A stretch of 64,000 bases of DNA. Origin: an uncultured cyanobacterium (lineage in GTDB: Bacteria > Cyanobacteriota > Cyanobacteriia > Pseudanabaenales > Pseudanabaenaceae). The stretch lies in the NCBI GenBank assembly GCA_963703315.1, contig OY969811.1, positions 1,728,001 through 1,792,000 on the forward strand, read 5' to 3'. The notes below the pieces were generated by a model. The model was not told where the DNA came from. It saw only the letters and a list, made by a program, of their open reading frames with translations, and did no database searches. Numbering within the stretch: position 1 is the stretch's first letter; each line of letters begins with the position of its first letter. The position numbers and the translations under genes are program-made. Shown here in pieces: positions 50,393-60,772 of the stretch.

Positions 50393-50860
50393 TTAAGCAA
50401 TCCGTATTTCCTCAATAAAGGAAATCCCATCAAAAACTCCATCTTTAAAGGCTTGGGTGCTGCGAACGCGATGATTTTCGCTTAGTAGAGTCATTGTTTC
50501 TATAAATGTAATGAGCGCACCATCTTGAGTCTTATTTGCCCGAAAGCAAACTAAATCCTGACCTGCATCCCATGAGATCGCCGAAAAATCACTATAACTA
50601 CTTGAACGCATTTTCAAAATCCGATCTTCAAATTGCCCTTCAAAATCAAGCTGAAGGCGTGAACCATCGGCGTATTCATACTTGTTCACCTGTTGATACT
50701 TACTACCTGCGATCGCGATCGTAAAACTGCCGACAAAGCTCCGCGAAAAATGTCCCTGCTTATCAGTTTTAATATATTCGCCCTTCCAAGTGCCAATATG
50801 ACGGGTAAATATTTCAGGAACTTGTTCTAAATCTGGAGCAATTTCAGAGGTTGTAATCAT
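50393..50860 (-). CDS. Calycin/lipocalin-like beta-barrel hypothetical protein
   Basis: HIGTWKGEY (GxWxG) N-terminal motif, beta-strand-rich, ETMTL..HRVRSTQ. Confidence 0.55.
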   Translation of the reverse strand: MITTSEIAPDLEQVPEIFTRHIGTWKGEYIKTDKQGHFSRSFVGSFTIAIAGSKYQQVNKYEYADGSRLQLDFEGQFEDRILKMRSSSYSDFSAISWDAGQDLVCFRANKTQDGALITFIETMTLLSENHRVRSTQAFKDGVFDGISFIEEIRIA

Positions 50861-50940
50861 CTAATTTATCTTTTTCCTAAACAACTTTGCATTTATGGTT
50901 AGAGAGAGTGCGCCCCTTCGGGGCGCACTCTCTCTATTTG

Positions 50941-52011
50941 TTAACGACGACCAATTTTTCGACTCACTTCGCGACTGGTGCGTTGATATTCATGGACAAT
51001 CGGTAATCTCTCAGTCTGGTATTTTTCGAGCGCCTCGTCAATACTGGCGCTAGATTTTAGATATTGCGTTAACAACAAGCCATCTTCCCATCCTGAAGTC
51101 ATGCCTCTAGCACGAGTAGAACTCTTTGCATGAGCGGCATCACCAATTAAAAGCACTCGACTATCATATAACTTTGGTAAGGGATCGATATCATAGGAAT
51201 AACGACAAATCATAGTTTCTGGAGGCGTTGATTCAATTACCTTTCGCGCATCTTCTGGAAGTTTCGCTAATTCTTGAGCAGGAATAGTTGTATTAATCGG
51301 CTGGAGTATTCCCTTCTCAGCATCCGTTTGTTCCGTTTCAATAAAGAAACCCCAATGGGTATGAGTATCGTCAATATGAAAGAAATTCGCATAAATGCCG
51401 CGACCACGCACATAAACAAAAAAGTTTCCTTCGGGACAGAAGCTGCGATCCTCAACAATTCCGCGCCAAACGAGATCCCCAAGATAGTTAAGCTCAACAT
51501 TCGGAACGACGGATTGACGCACCTTAGATAGAATCCCATCCGCACCAATAATTAAATCTCCTTCCCATTGACTGCCATCTTTAAAATGGGCGATCGCACT
51601 ACTCTCAGTTTGAGAAATTGTAGACAATTGAGCATTAAATTTAATCCGATCAGGGGATAAAGTATCGAGAATTGCTTCTAAAATTGCTTTGCGGTGAACG
51701 AGCATTCCCGGTAATTCGTCTTCAGCATAGGTAACAGCTTCTGAATTGACGAATCCACCTTTAAGATTACGGAACTCAAATAATTTAACAGGATTACCAG
51801 CTTCAATAATTTTTTGAGTGATTTTTGGGTTGCCCTCATGCAGTGCTTTCATTCCCGATTGGACAATCAGAATGCCACATCCATCGGTACGGACTACTGG
51901 GGCTTTCTCAAATAAGCTGACCTGAAATCCTTCTTGAATAAGCAAACTGGCAAGATAAGCCCCCGATGTTCCTGCGCCGATGATGCCTATCTTGCTGTTC
52001 GTAGAAATCAT
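50941..52011 (-). CDS. FAD-dependent monooxygenase
   Basis: IIGAGTSG, IIGADGILS, LIGDAAHA. Confidence 0.9.
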   Translation of the reverse strand: MISTNSKIGIIGAGTSGAYLASLLIQEGFQVSLFEKAPVVRTDGCGILIVQSGMKALHEGNPKITQKIIEAGNPVKLFEFRNLKGGFVNSEAVTYAEDELPGMLVHRKAILEAILDTLSPDRIKFNAQLSTISQTESSAIAHFKDGSQWEGDLIIGADGILSKVRQSVVPNVELNYLGDLVWRGIVEDRSFCPEGNFFVYVRGRGIYANFFHIDDTHTHWGFFIETEQTDAEKGILQPINTTIPAQELAKLPEDARKVIESTPPETMICRYSYDIDPLPKLYDSRVLLIGDAAHAKSSTRARGMTSGWEDGLLLTQYLKSSASIDEALEKYQTERLPIVHEYQRTSREVSRKIGRR

Positions 52012-52114
52012 TTGAGCCTCTTTGACGTTTAATTTGGCGTTGTTTTGATCATAATCAATATTTCCTTATCTATCAGCTTTTTGTATTTTATGTAACATTG
52101 CAAGAACTCTAAAT

Positions 52115-52738
52115 TTAAACGCAAGTTTGCAAAGCTTCAATATCAGCGCTCACAATCTGATCTAGATTTCTAGTTATCTTCTCCATGTCCCAATTCCACC
52201 ATGCGATTTCGAGTAATTGCGCGATCGCCTGATCATCAAATCTTTTACGAATCAAAGTGGCAGGATTGCCCCCGACGATCGCATAGGATGGCACATCTTT
52301 AGTAACTACAGATTTGGAGGCAATAATCGCGCCATCACCAATCTTTACTCCTGCCATAATCACCGCTTCGTAGCCAATCCAGACATCGTTCCCAATCACA
52401 GTATCGCCTTTGTAGGGGAATTCCAGATTTTGCGGTTTCCATTCGTTCCAAAATATTTGAAATGGATAGGTAGAGATACCCGACATACTATGATTTGCGC
52501 CATTCATGATGAACTTTACGCCACGAGCGATCGCGCAAAATTTACCGATAATTAGCTTGTCACCGATAAAGTCAAAGTGATAGAGAACATTGCGCTCAAA
52601 GTTTTCTGAATCTTCAGGATCATCGTAATAGGTGTAGTCGCCGATGATGATATTTGGGTTAGTAACTGTGTTTTGAATAAAGCAAACTTGGGGAAATCCT
52701 GCCATTGGATGCGGATTTTTAGGATCTGGATAGTTCAT
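52115..52738 (-). CDS. Vat/CatB-family xenobiotic O-acetyltransferase
   Basis: [39 protein letters not shown] hexapeptides, WWNW. Confidence 0.92.
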   Translation of the reverse strand: MNYPDPKNPHPMAGFPQVCFIQNTVTNPNIIIGDYTYYDDPEDSENFERNVLYHFDFIGDKLIIGKFCAIARGVKFIMNGANHSMSGISTYPFQIFWNEWKPQNLEFPYKGDTVIGNDVWIGYEAVIMAGVKIGDGAIIASKSVVTKDVPSYAIVGGNPATLIRKRFDDQAIAQLLEIAWWNWDMEKITRNLDQIVSADIEALQTCV

Positions 52739-52837
52739 AGATATCTTAAAGCTAATATTTATGTTATATAGCAAAAAAGTTTAAAAAACCCAAGAAGAGA
52801 GTTGCGGCGCTCCGCGCCGCAACTCTCTTCTTGGGTT

Positions 52838-53305
52838 TTAGTTTGTACTAGCTAACTCTTTTTTTGCTATATGACTGAGGTCTTCGAGTCCCTTCATTAA
52901 AATCGTAAGCTGATCTGAGGAAAGATGATCTAACTTCTGGGCAAGGCGATCGCAGGTAATTTGCCGAACTTGTTGTAGATGTTCTTTGCCTGCAACCGTG
53001 AGACTTAGCACAACCTGTCGCCTTGTGGTGGGATGATCATTGCGGGTGACAAATTCTTTCTGCACTAGGCGCTCAACCATTGTAGAAGTTGACGCACTCG
53101 TGACACCTAAATATTCGGCTAGGACGACAAGGGATGAACTAGGATTATTTTGCAGAAAGGCGAGGGCGCGTAATTGGGGAATCGTCAGGCAAGTTGTTTT
53201 TTGCATACGCACATCCTTATGAATCCATTGCATCACGGCGGGCAGAACATCCATAACTTCTGTGGCACAAAGTTGAGAGGAAATTGAGTTGTGTGATGAA
53301 TTCAT
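52838..53305 (-). CDS. MarR-family regulator
   Basis: LTIPQLRAL, LAEYLGVTSASTSTMVERLVQK, RRQVVLSLT.AG. Confidence 0.92.
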   Translation of the reverse strand: MNSSHNSISSQLCATEVMDVLPAVMQWIHKDVRMQKTTCLTIPQLRALAFLQNNPSSSLVVLAEYLGVTSASTSTMVERLVQKEFVTRNDHPTTRRQVVLSLTVAGKEHLQQVRQITCDRLAQKLDHLSSDQLTILMKGLEDLSHIAKKELASTN

Positions 53306-53344
53306 CTTGACTTTTAGGATATTGTTAAGATATTAGTGTTGTTA

Positions 53345-53365
53345 ATAGTTAGATAAGTTAACAAT
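53345..53365. promoter_or_regulatory. Putative MarR operator
   Basis: ATAGTTA-N7-TAACAAT imperfect palindrome in the marR/RND divergent gap. Confidence 0.45.
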
Positions 53366-53426
53366 TAGAATACAGTACAACGGTATCAACTCAGTTTAGG
53401 TTGAGTAGAATTGGTTAGACGTAAAT

Positions 53427-54743
53427 ATGAAGCACTCTTTCCTATCAGCATTTTTATTAGTAGCAATTTCGATCTCAACTCCGAGCTTGCTTACGGCTTG
53501 TGGTTCATCTCAAGCTGAGTCTGCTGGCAAAGATCGTCGTCCTGCTGTCCCTGTAGTAGTTGCACCTGTAGTCCAGAAAAATCTACCTGTGCAGATTCGA
53601 GGGACGGGCGTAGTGGAAGCATATTCTACGGTGGCGGTGAAGTCGAGGATTGGTGGACAGTTGCTCGAGGTTGGGTTTAAGGACGGACAGGATGTCAAGC
53701 AGGGAGATTTGCTATTTCGCATCGATCCGCGTCCTTTAGAAGCACAATTGCAACAGGCGATCGCCAATCAAGCACGCAACCAAGCCCAACTACAACAGGC
53801 GATCGCCAATCAGGTTAGGTCAGAAGCGACTATTGCTCAAGCCAAGGCAAACCGCGATCGCGACGAGGCTCAGCGTCAGTTTGCCGATTCACAGCGCAAA
53901 AGCTATGACAGTCTCTACGCTGAAGGCGCAATTAGTCGCACACAGGCTGACCAGTTTCGGACCAATGCCAATATCTCTCAAGCAACCGTGAATGCTTCGG
54001 GCAGTGCGATCGATACCACAGTTGCGGCAGCCGAATCGACCAAAGCGGATATCGAGGCTGCTAAAGCTAACCTAGCCGCAGGTGAAGCATTAATTGACAA
54101 TGCTAGAGTTCAGCTTTCCTATACCGAAATTTATTCTCCGATTGATGGCAGAGTTAGTAGTCTCAAAGTCGATCAGGGCAATTTAATCAAAGCCGATGAT
54201 GCTGCGCCCTTGGTGACGATTAGTCAAATTCGACCGATTTACGTCACTTTCACAATTCCCGAAAAGTCGCTAGCGCAAGTAAAGCAATACCAAAAGCGAG
54301 GCAAGCTCAAGGTTCAAGCTTTTATTGCCAACGATAAAAACGATAAAATTCCTAACGATAAAAAGCCTATTGAAGGCGAGCTTACTTTTATCGATAGTTT
54401 GGTAGATGCGACCACAGGAACGGTGCAACTAAAGGCAACTTTTTCCAATAAAGACGATCGCCTCACTCCCGGTCAGCGTGTTGATGTAGTTATGCAACTG
54501 TCTGAAGAAACTAATGCGATCGCAGTTCCTTCTCAAGCCATCCAGACAGGACAAAAAGGACAGTTTGTCTATGTTCTTAAACCCGATAGCACTGTCGAAA
54601 TCCGTCCCGTTAAAGTCAGTAATACAGTAGGCAGTGAAGTGGCGATTGCTGAAGGTTTGAAAGTAAATGAGAAGGTTGTCATCGACGGACAGTTTAATCT
54701 ATCCCCCAACGCCAAGGTAGAAGTGAAAGAGCCACAAAAATGA
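53427..54743 (+). CDS. RND efflux membrane fusion protein (MdtA-like lipoprotein)
   Basis: Lipobox LTAC, GQDVKQGDLLFRIDP, IYSPIDG, VDATTGT. Confidence 0.93.
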   Translation: MKHSFLSAFLLVAISISTPSLLTACGSSQAESAGKDRRPAVPVVVAPVVQKNLPVQIRGTGVVEAYSTVAVKSRIGGQLLEVGFKDGQDVKQGDLLFRIDPRPLEAQLQQAIANQARNQAQLQQAIANQVRSEATIAQAKANRDRDEAQRQFADSQRKSYDSLYAEGAISRTQADQFRTNANISQATVNASGSAIDTTVAAAESTKADIEAAKANLAAGEALIDNARVQLSYTEIYSPIDGRVSSLKVDQGNLIKADDAAPLVTISQIRPIYVTFTIPEKSLAQVKQYQKRGKLKVQAFIANDKNDKIPNDKKPIEGELTFIDSLVDATTGTVQLKATFSNKDDRLTPGQRVDVVMQLSEETNAIAVPSQAIQTGQKGQFVYVLKPDSTVEIRPVKVSNTVGSEVAIAEGLKVNEKVVIDGQFNLSPNAKVEVKEPQK

Positions 54744-57700
54744 ACATTACTCAACCCTTTATCCGTCGCCCTGTCATGACCACCTTGATCATGCTGGGTA
54801 TTCTTCTATTTGGCATTATTAGCTATCGGCTATTACCCGTGAGCGATCTGCCCACCGTAGACTTCCCGACGATTAGCGTGTCGGCTTCCTTGCCAGGGGC
54901 TAGTCCTGAGACGATGGCGGCTTCGGTGGCAACACCTTTAGAGCAGCAGTTCTCATCGATCGCAGGTTTAGACTCGATGACTTCTAGCAGTTCCCTTGGT
55001 AGTACACAGGTGACTTTGCAGTTCAATCTCAACCGTCAGATTGATGGAGCCGCCCAAGATGTCCAAGCGGCGATCGCCAAAGCAGCAAGACAATTGCCGT
55101 CCACAATGCCCAGTCCACCACAATATCGTAAAGTCAATCCCGCCGATCAGCCAATTTTATACATTGCTCTGAAATCGGAAGTATTGACCCTTGCGGATGT
55201 GGATCGCTATGCCGAAAACTTTCTTGCTCAAAGGCTTTCGACTGTAGATGGCGTGGCACAGGTGCAGGTCTTTGGCTCTCAGAAATATGCAGTTCGTGTC
55301 CAACTCGATCCCCAATCTTTGCAAACAAAAGGGCTTGGTATTGATGAAGTTGCGACAGCGATCGCCCAAGGCAATTCTAACCAACCCACAGGAACAATCT
55401 ATGGACAGGATCGCACACTCACCATTGATACTAATGGTAGTTTAGAGAATGCGGCAGCTTTTCGTCCTCTGATTGTTGCCTATCGCAATGGCGCACCGAT
55501 TCGCTTAAATGAAATTGGTCAAGTCCTCGATAGCGTCGAGAATGATCGCCTTGCTAGTTGGTACAACGGCACAAGAGCGATTATTCTGGCAATACAGCGC
55601 CAACCGGGGACAAATACGGTTGCGATCGTCGATACCTTAGAGAAGCTTTTACCAACTTTCCGATCGCAAATCCCTGCGGCGATTGACATGGAAATTCTCT
55701 ATGATCGTTCCCAATCAGTTCGAGCTTCCGTTGAAGATGTCCAGTTTAGCTTGCTTCTATCAATTGGATTAGTGGTAATGGTGATCTTTCTCTTTTTGAG
55801 AAATTTATCCGCGACGGTGATTCCTAGTATCGCTCTACCGATCTCGATTGTGGCAACTTTTGCGATCATGTATAAGCTGGGATATTCCCTTGACAACCTC
55901 TCTTTGATGGCGCTCACCCTGTCCGTTGGCTTTGTCGTCGATGATGCGGTGGTGGTTCTTGAAAACATTGTCCGCCATTTAGAGATGGGTAAGTCCCGCT
56001 TTCAAGCGGCGATCGATGGCTCTCAGGAAATTGGGTTTACAGTCCTATCAATGACGATCTCATTGGTAGCAGTATTCATTCCCATTCTCTTTATGGGTGG
56101 TATTTTAGGCAGACTCTTTCAGGAATTTGCAGTCACGATTAGCGTCGCCATCCTCGTTTCAGGATTTGTCTCGCTCAGTCTCACCCCCATGCTGTGCAGT
56201 CGATTTCTCAGTCATAGCGATCATCATAGTCATCAGCAATCTAGCAACTCTAGTAGTGGTAATGGACATCAAGAGCATCATGGGCTAGAACGCCTCGAAA
56301 CTCAGGGCGGATTCTTCCAGCGCTTTTATGGATGGAGTTTACGTCAATCTTTGAAATATCACCGTGTGACGATGGCAATTTCGGCAACGGTGTTGGTTGC
56401 CACAATTTTTCTGTTTATGGTTGTACCGAAAGGTTTTATTCCCAATGATGATATTGGGCAGATTGTCGCATCTACTGAAGCAATTCAAGGTATTTCCTTT
56501 GAGGAGATGGCGAAACATCAAGCCCAACTAGCGGAGATTGCCAGTAAAGATCCCAATATTGAGGCGGTGAACTCTACTGTCGGCGCAGGGGGTCCCAATG
56601 CAGCAAGCAATACAGGGCGATTATTTATGCGTTTAAAAGAGCGTAGTAAGCGATCGCTCGGAGCAGATGAAATTGTCCAAGAACTACGCCCCAAAATGGC
56701 AAAAGTGGCAGGTATTCGCGCCTTCTTACAAAATCCCCCTACGATCAGAATTGGCGCACAACAATCGAAAGCTCTATATCAGTACACACTATCTGATACA
56801 AACCTCGATCTGCTTTATCAATACGCACCAGAACTAGAGAAAAAGCTGCGATCGCTTGATACTTTGCAAGATGTGACCAGCGATTTACAAATTAAAAATC
56901 CTCAAGTCAGTATCGATATCAATCGCGATCGCGCGGCGGCTCTAGGATTATCGGCAAATCAAATTGAGTCAGCACTTTCCTATGCCTATGGAACTCGACA
57001 AGTTTCCACAATTTATACTGCTGACAATCAATATTCTGTAATCATGGGCTTAAGTCCTGAGTATCAAGCCGATTTAAAATCCCTTGACTTACTATCAGTG
57101 CGATCGAGTAATGGACAACTAGTTCCTCTCAGTACCGTAGCTACTTTCAAACAAACCGTGGGCGCTCTATCGGTAAACCATACTGGACAACTGCCTGCGG
57201 TGACGATTTCCTTCAATCTTAAACCCAGTATTTCTCTCAGTGATGTGGTGGGAACCATCGAACAATATGCCCGCGAAATTTTGCCCGCTTCTACCACAGG
57301 CAAATTCCAAGGTACAGCCCAAGCATTCCAAGACTCTATCCAAGGTTTAGGCTGGTTATTAGTCGCCGCCATTTTTGTAATCTACATTATTTTAGGGATT
57401 CTCTACGAAAGCTTTATCCATCCAATTACGATTCTCACCAGCTTACCCTCCGCAGGTTTTGGCGCATTACTGACGCTGATCATTTTCCGTAGTGAACTAA
57501 ATGTCTATGCCTTTGTCGGAATTATTCTCTTAGTTGGTATCGTTAAAAAGAACGGGATTATGATGGTGGACTTTGCGATCGCTGCCCGTAAAGAAGGTAG
57601 CACTCCCTACGATGCCATTTATGAAGCTTGTTTAGTCCGCTTCCGTCCGATCATGATGACGACGATGGCAGCCTTGATGGGAACCTTACCAATCGCCCTA

Positions 57701-57904
57701 GGTTGGGGAGCAGGGGCAGAATCTCGCCGTGCTTTGGGCTTGGCTGTGGTGGGAGGATTAGTTTTTTCGCAAATGTTGACGCTTTACATTACGCCCGTCT
57801 TTTATATCTACATGGAAGCATTCCAAGATCGCTGGAAAAAGCGTGACATTAGCAACAAGCCCGACAAGACCAACAAAACCAAAATCCTTATGGTCGGTAA
57901 GTAG
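54740..57904 (+). CDS. RND efflux permease (MdtB/C-like)
   Basis: [45 protein letters not shown]. Confidence 0.96.
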   Translation: MNITQPFIRRPVMTTLIMLGILLFGIISYRLLPVSDLPTVDFPTISVSASLPGASPETMAASVATPLEQQFSSIAGLDSMTSSSSLGSTQVTLQFNLNRQIDGAAQDVQAAIAKAARQLPSTMPSPPQYRKVNPADQPILYIALKSEVLTLADVDRYAENFLAQRLSTVDGVAQVQVFGSQKYAVRVQLDPQSLQTKGLGIDEVATAIAQGNSNQPTGTIYGQDRTLTIDTNGSLENAAAFRPLIVAYRNGAPIRLNEIGQVLDSVENDRLASWYNGTRAIILAIQRQPGTNTVAIVDTLEKLLPTFRSQIPAAIDMEILYDRSQSVRASVEDVQFSLLLSIGLVVMVIFLFLRNLSATVIPSIALPISIVATFAIMYKLGYSLDNLSLMALTLSVGFVVDDAVVVLENIVRHLEMGKSRFQAAIDGSQEIGFTVLSMTISLVAVFIPILFMGGILGRLFQEFAVTISVAILVSGFVSLSLTPMLCSRFLSHSDHHSHQQSSNSSSGNGHQEHHGLERLETQGGFFQRFYGWSLRQSLKYHRVTMAISATVLVATIFLFMVVPKGFIPNDDIGQIVASTEAIQGISFEEMAKHQAQLAEIASKDPNIEAVNSTVGAGGPNAASNTGRLFMRLKERSKRSLGADEIVQELRPKMAKVAGIRAFLQNPPTIRIGAQQSKALYQYTLSDTNLDLLYQYAPELEKKLRSLDTLQDVTSDLQIKNPQVSIDINRDRAAALGLSANQIESALSYAYGTRQVSTIYTADNQYSVIMGLSPEYQADLKSLDLLSVRSSNGQLVPLSTVATFKQTVGALSVNHTGQLPAVTISFNLKPSISLSDVVGTIEQYAREILPASTTGKFQGTAQAFQDSIQGLGWLLVAAIFVIYIILGILYESFIHPITILTSLPSAGFGALLTLIIFRSELNVYAFVGIILLVGIVKKNGIMMVDFAIAARKEGSTPYDAIYEACLVRFRPIMMTTMAALMGTLPIALGWGAGAESRRALGLAVVGGLVFSQMLTLYITPVFYIYMEAFQDRWKKRDISNKPDKTNKTKILMVGK

Positions 57905-57992
57905 CCCAAAAAGAGAGACGACGCAAAGCGTCGTCTCTCTTTTTGGATCTGGCAATAGCTATAATGCCAAAATTACCTCATCAAGCTTAACT

Positions 57993-58829
57993 ATGATCAA
58001 TAATCATGAAAACCCGATCGCCCAAATCCCCGTTGTCGTCTCAGGGGCGACAGGTAAAATGGGGCGCGAAATTATCAAAGCGATCGCCCAAGCACCAGAC
58101 ATGACCCTCGTCGGTGCGATCGGTCGCAAGCACATCGGCGAAGATATTGGCGAAGTGATTGGTATTGGCGAGTTAGAAATACCTGTGACTGACAATCTCG
58201 AAGTTGTCCTTGCCCAAGCTGCTCAAGAGTCGCAACTACCAGTCATGGTCGATGTCACCCACCCCAGCATCATCTATGACAATATCCGCTCGGCGATCGC
58301 CTATGGGGTGCGTCCTGTCGTTGGCACAACGGGCTTAAGCGAAAAACAAATTGATGATCTGGCAATTTTTGCAGACAAGGCAAGTACAGGTTGTATCATT
58401 GCCCCAAATTTTTCTGTCGGTGTAATTCTCATGCAACAAGCTGCGATCGCCGCCGCCAAATATTTCCAGCACGTCGAAATCATCGAACTGCACCATAATC
58501 AAAAAGCCGATGCGCCCAGTGGTACTGCCATCAAAACCGCGCAAATGCTTTCAGAACTAGGTCAATCCTTTAATCCTGCCCTTGTCGATGAAAAAGAGCA
58601 TCTCACGGGCGCAAGGGGTGCAACCTACGGCGAAAATATCCGCATTCACAGTGTCCGTGTCCCCGGACTAGTCGCCCGTCAAGAAGTGATTTTTGGGGCA
58701 ATGGGTGAAACTCTGAAAATTGAGCATAATGCTAGCGATCGCACTTGCTACATGGCAGGAGTCTTACTCTGTGTCCGCAAAGTACTTGCTCTCAAGTCAC
58801 TGATTTATGGATTAGAAAAACTACTTTAA
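57993..58829 (+). CDS. dapB: 4-hydroxy-tetrahydrodipicolinate reductase
   Basis: [37 protein letters not shown]. Confidence 0.96.
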   Translation: MINNHENPIAQIPVVVSGATGKMGREIIKAIAQAPDMTLVGAIGRKHIGEDIGEVIGIGELEIPVTDNLEVVLAQAAQESQLPVMVDVTHPSIIYDNIRSAIAYGVRPVVGTTGLSEKQIDDLAIFADKASTGCIIAPNFSVGVILMQQAAIAAAKYFQHVEIIELHHNQKADAPSGTAIKTAQMLSELGQSFNPALVDEKEHLTGARGATYGENIRIHSVRVPGLVARQEVIFGAMGETLKIEHNASDRTCYMAGVLLCVRKVLALKSLIYGLEKLL

Positions 58830-58861
58830 AAATAAAGTGCGCTTAGCGCACTTTATTAGAA

Positions 58862-58901
58862 AAACAAAAAAGCCTTCGCATTGCGAAGGCTTTTTTGTTT
58901 T
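58862..58901 (-). terminator. Bidirectional hairpin/terminator between dapB and tRNA-Glu
   Basis: AAACAAAAAAGCCTTCGC-ATT-GCGAAGGCTTTTTTGTTT. Confidence 0.6.
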
Positions 58902-58908
58902 TCAAGAA

Positions 58909-58981
58909 TACCCCCAGGGGAATTCGAATCCCCGTCGCCTCCGTGAAAGGGAGGTGTCCTAGGCCTCTAGACGATGGGGGC
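58909..58981 (-). tRNA. trnE: tRNA-Glu(UUC)
   Basis: Reverse complement GCCCCCATCGTCTAGAGGCCTAGGACACCTCCCTTTCACGGAGGCGACGGGGATTCGAATTCCCCTGGGGGTA; TTC anticodon; CCA not encoded. Confidence 0.97.
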
Positions 58982-59167
58982 GTGTTCTTGACCTTTATTA
59001 AGATACATACCGACGTGAAACTTTGTCAACACCTAAACCAAACTTTTTTGAAATTTTTTGAAAACTACAGCCTATTGAGGTTTTAAGCTATCGCCAGTCT
59101 TGTTAGGACATAAACCCAGAAGACGAGTGGCGGCGCAAAGCGCCGCCACTCGTCTTCTGGGTTTTAT

Positions 59168-59596
59168 TTAGATGCGGGGACGAATACCATAGTGACGGTA
59201 GCGCCAATAATCTTGCAGGATTTGAGCATGATCGAAACATAGTTGATTTGGCATTTCCCAAGCCGTAAAAATCCCGACAGACTTAGCATCATCATCAGCT
59301 TTCGGTTCACCTACTGCCTCGCCAATATATACAGTACTAATCGTATGTAAGCGAGTATCGCGACTAGGGTCAGAATATATACCGAGCAAATCAATTAACT
59401 CCACCTTTAGCCCCGTTTCTTCTAAGGCTTCTCGTCTGGCTGCGTCCTCTAAACGTTCGCCATAGTCCACAAACCCACCAGCGATCGCCCATCCATGCGG
59501 CGGATTAAGTCGCTCAATTAGCACAATTGGTTGATGGGGGCGATCGCGCAGGACAATGATGATATCAACCGTAGGAACAGGATTTCGGTAAGTCAC
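59168..59596 (-). CDS. NUDIX hydrolase
   Basis: [24 protein letters not shown]udix box; DPSRD; FDHAQIL. Confidence 0.93.
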   Translation of the reverse strand: MTYRNPVPTVDIIIVLRDRPHQPIVLIERLNPPHGWAIAGGFVDYGERLEDAARREALEETGLKVELIDLLGIYSDPSRDTRLHTISTVYIGEAVGEPKADDDAKSVGIFTAWEMPNQLCFDHAQILQDYWRYRHYGIRPRI

Positions 59597-59616
59597 TTGA
59601 TTTTTCAGTTTATTGA

Positions 59617-59722
59617 TTAAGTAGCTGGGCGCAATTAAATATAAAACCCCAAAACCTATGGCGCACGCTGCGCGTGCGCCATAGGTTTTGGATTTGTTTT
59701 TTTAATTATGCCCAGCTACTTA
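59617..59722. mobile_element. MITE-like element, TAAGTAGCTGGGC...GCCCAGCTACTTA
   Basis: 13-bp perfect terminal inverted repeat including the terminal TA; central long hairpin; copy at 37488. Confidence 0.75.
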
Positions 59723-59836
59723 GCTATCGATAGTATTGTGCGCCATAGTATTTTTCAAGCAAGGTACAAAGGATTGTTTCCCCGCCGAAGGCGGGGAAAC
59801 AATCTATAGGAAATGGCGCTTTCCTTAGCATAGAGA

Positions 59837-59878
59837 GTAATTACAGCTACAAAATACCGATCTGCACTAGGTTATGAT
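59837..59878 (+). promoter_or_regulatory. Canonical NtcA-activated promoter of nrrA
   Basis: GTA-ATTACAGC-TAC, exactly 22 nt, then TATGAT. Confidence 0.85.
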
Positions 59879-59930
59879 TCAGAATCATCATCCGAGAGCT
59901 ATGAGCCTTACTCGGCAGGAGAGTATTTCT

Positions 59931-60725
59931 TTGATTCCGATTAGCATAGAAATTGTAGAAGGGAATCCGAATCTTGCCTCTCTCTTGGGTTGGCATTTAC
60001 AGCAGATTGGCTATTCGGTATTTCAGGCAGTTAGTTGTCACCAAGCAAAGCTGGTATTTCAAAAACAGCAACCGAGCTTAGTGATCTTGAGTACCGATCT
60101 ACCTGATGGGGATGGTATTGAGCTATGTCATTGGTTACACAAACAGAGAAGTTCTTTAATCTTTGTAATTTCTGCACGAACTGGTGAAGCCGATATTGTG
60201 GAGGGTTTAAAGGCAGGGGCAGATGATTATTTGACTAAACCTTTTGGGATGCAAGAGTTTTTAGCAAGGGTAGAGGCTTTAACTCGTAGGTTACGCACCT
60301 CTGCGCCTCCTGCTTGCCTAGATTACGGTACACTCAAAATCGATCTGGTACAAAGGCAAGTGCGCCTCAAGGGGAATGCGATCGATTTAACACCACAGGA
60401 GTTTAGTTTGCTCTATGTACTTGCCCAATCGGAGGGATTAGCTCTAAGTCGTGCTGAGCTACTTCAACGCGCTTGGCCAGATGAAATTAATAATCCCCGT
60501 ACAGTGGATACCCATGTTTTATCGTTACGCAAAAAACTAGAAGTTGATCCACAGCAACCTAACTTAATTCAAACGGTACGCAATATTGGCTATCGGTTTA
60601 ACCCCGAAGCCTTAGCCCGATCGCCTATCCGTCCAAATACTCACAACCCTAATAATCTGCATAATTCTAGCGATCGCCCCCCACAATTCACTGCACCACC
60701 TAGCCGCTCTTTTGCCAAATATTAA
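59931..60725 (+). CDS. nrrA: OmpR-family nitrogen-regulated response regulator NrrA
   Basis: IEIVEGNP.L.SLLGWHLQQ, LPDGDGIE.C.WL, KPFGMQEFLARVEAL, RTVDTHVLSLRKK; NtcA promoter upstream; TTG start after AGGAG (ATG 59901 is an alternative). Confidence 0.85.
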   Translation: MIPISIEIVEGNPNLASLLGWHLQQIGYSVFQAVSCHQAKLVFQKQQPSLVILSTDLPDGDGIELCHWLHKQRSSLIFVISARTGEADIVEGLKAGADDYLTKPFGMQEFLARVEALTRRLRTSAPPACLDYGTLKIDLVQRQVRLKGNAIDLTPQEFSLLYVLAQSEGLALSRAELLQRAWPDEINNPRTVDTHVLSLRKKLEVDPQQPNLIQTVRNIGYRFNPEALARSPIRPNTHNPNNLHNSSDRPPQFTAPPSRSFAKY

Positions 60726-60772
60726 ACCCCAAGGTGAGGCGCAAAGCGCTTCACCTTGGGAAAACTAGCTTA

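Noticed and set aside
52083..52096. NtcA box upstream of the FAD monooxygenase (GTA-N8-AAC)
   Set aside because: Imperfect box, and no TAN3T at 21-23 nt spacing.
57843..57992. N-terminal extension of DapB overlapping the RND gene
   Set aside because: Runs through the RND 3' end and a hairpin; homology starts near ATG 57993. Similar spurious extensions apply to the ORFs called from 37577, 50374, 33029 and 59874.
58909..59100. tRNA-Glu as an integration site for an island
   Set aside because: No duplicated tRNA 3' end found in the window, and the flanks are housekeeping genes.
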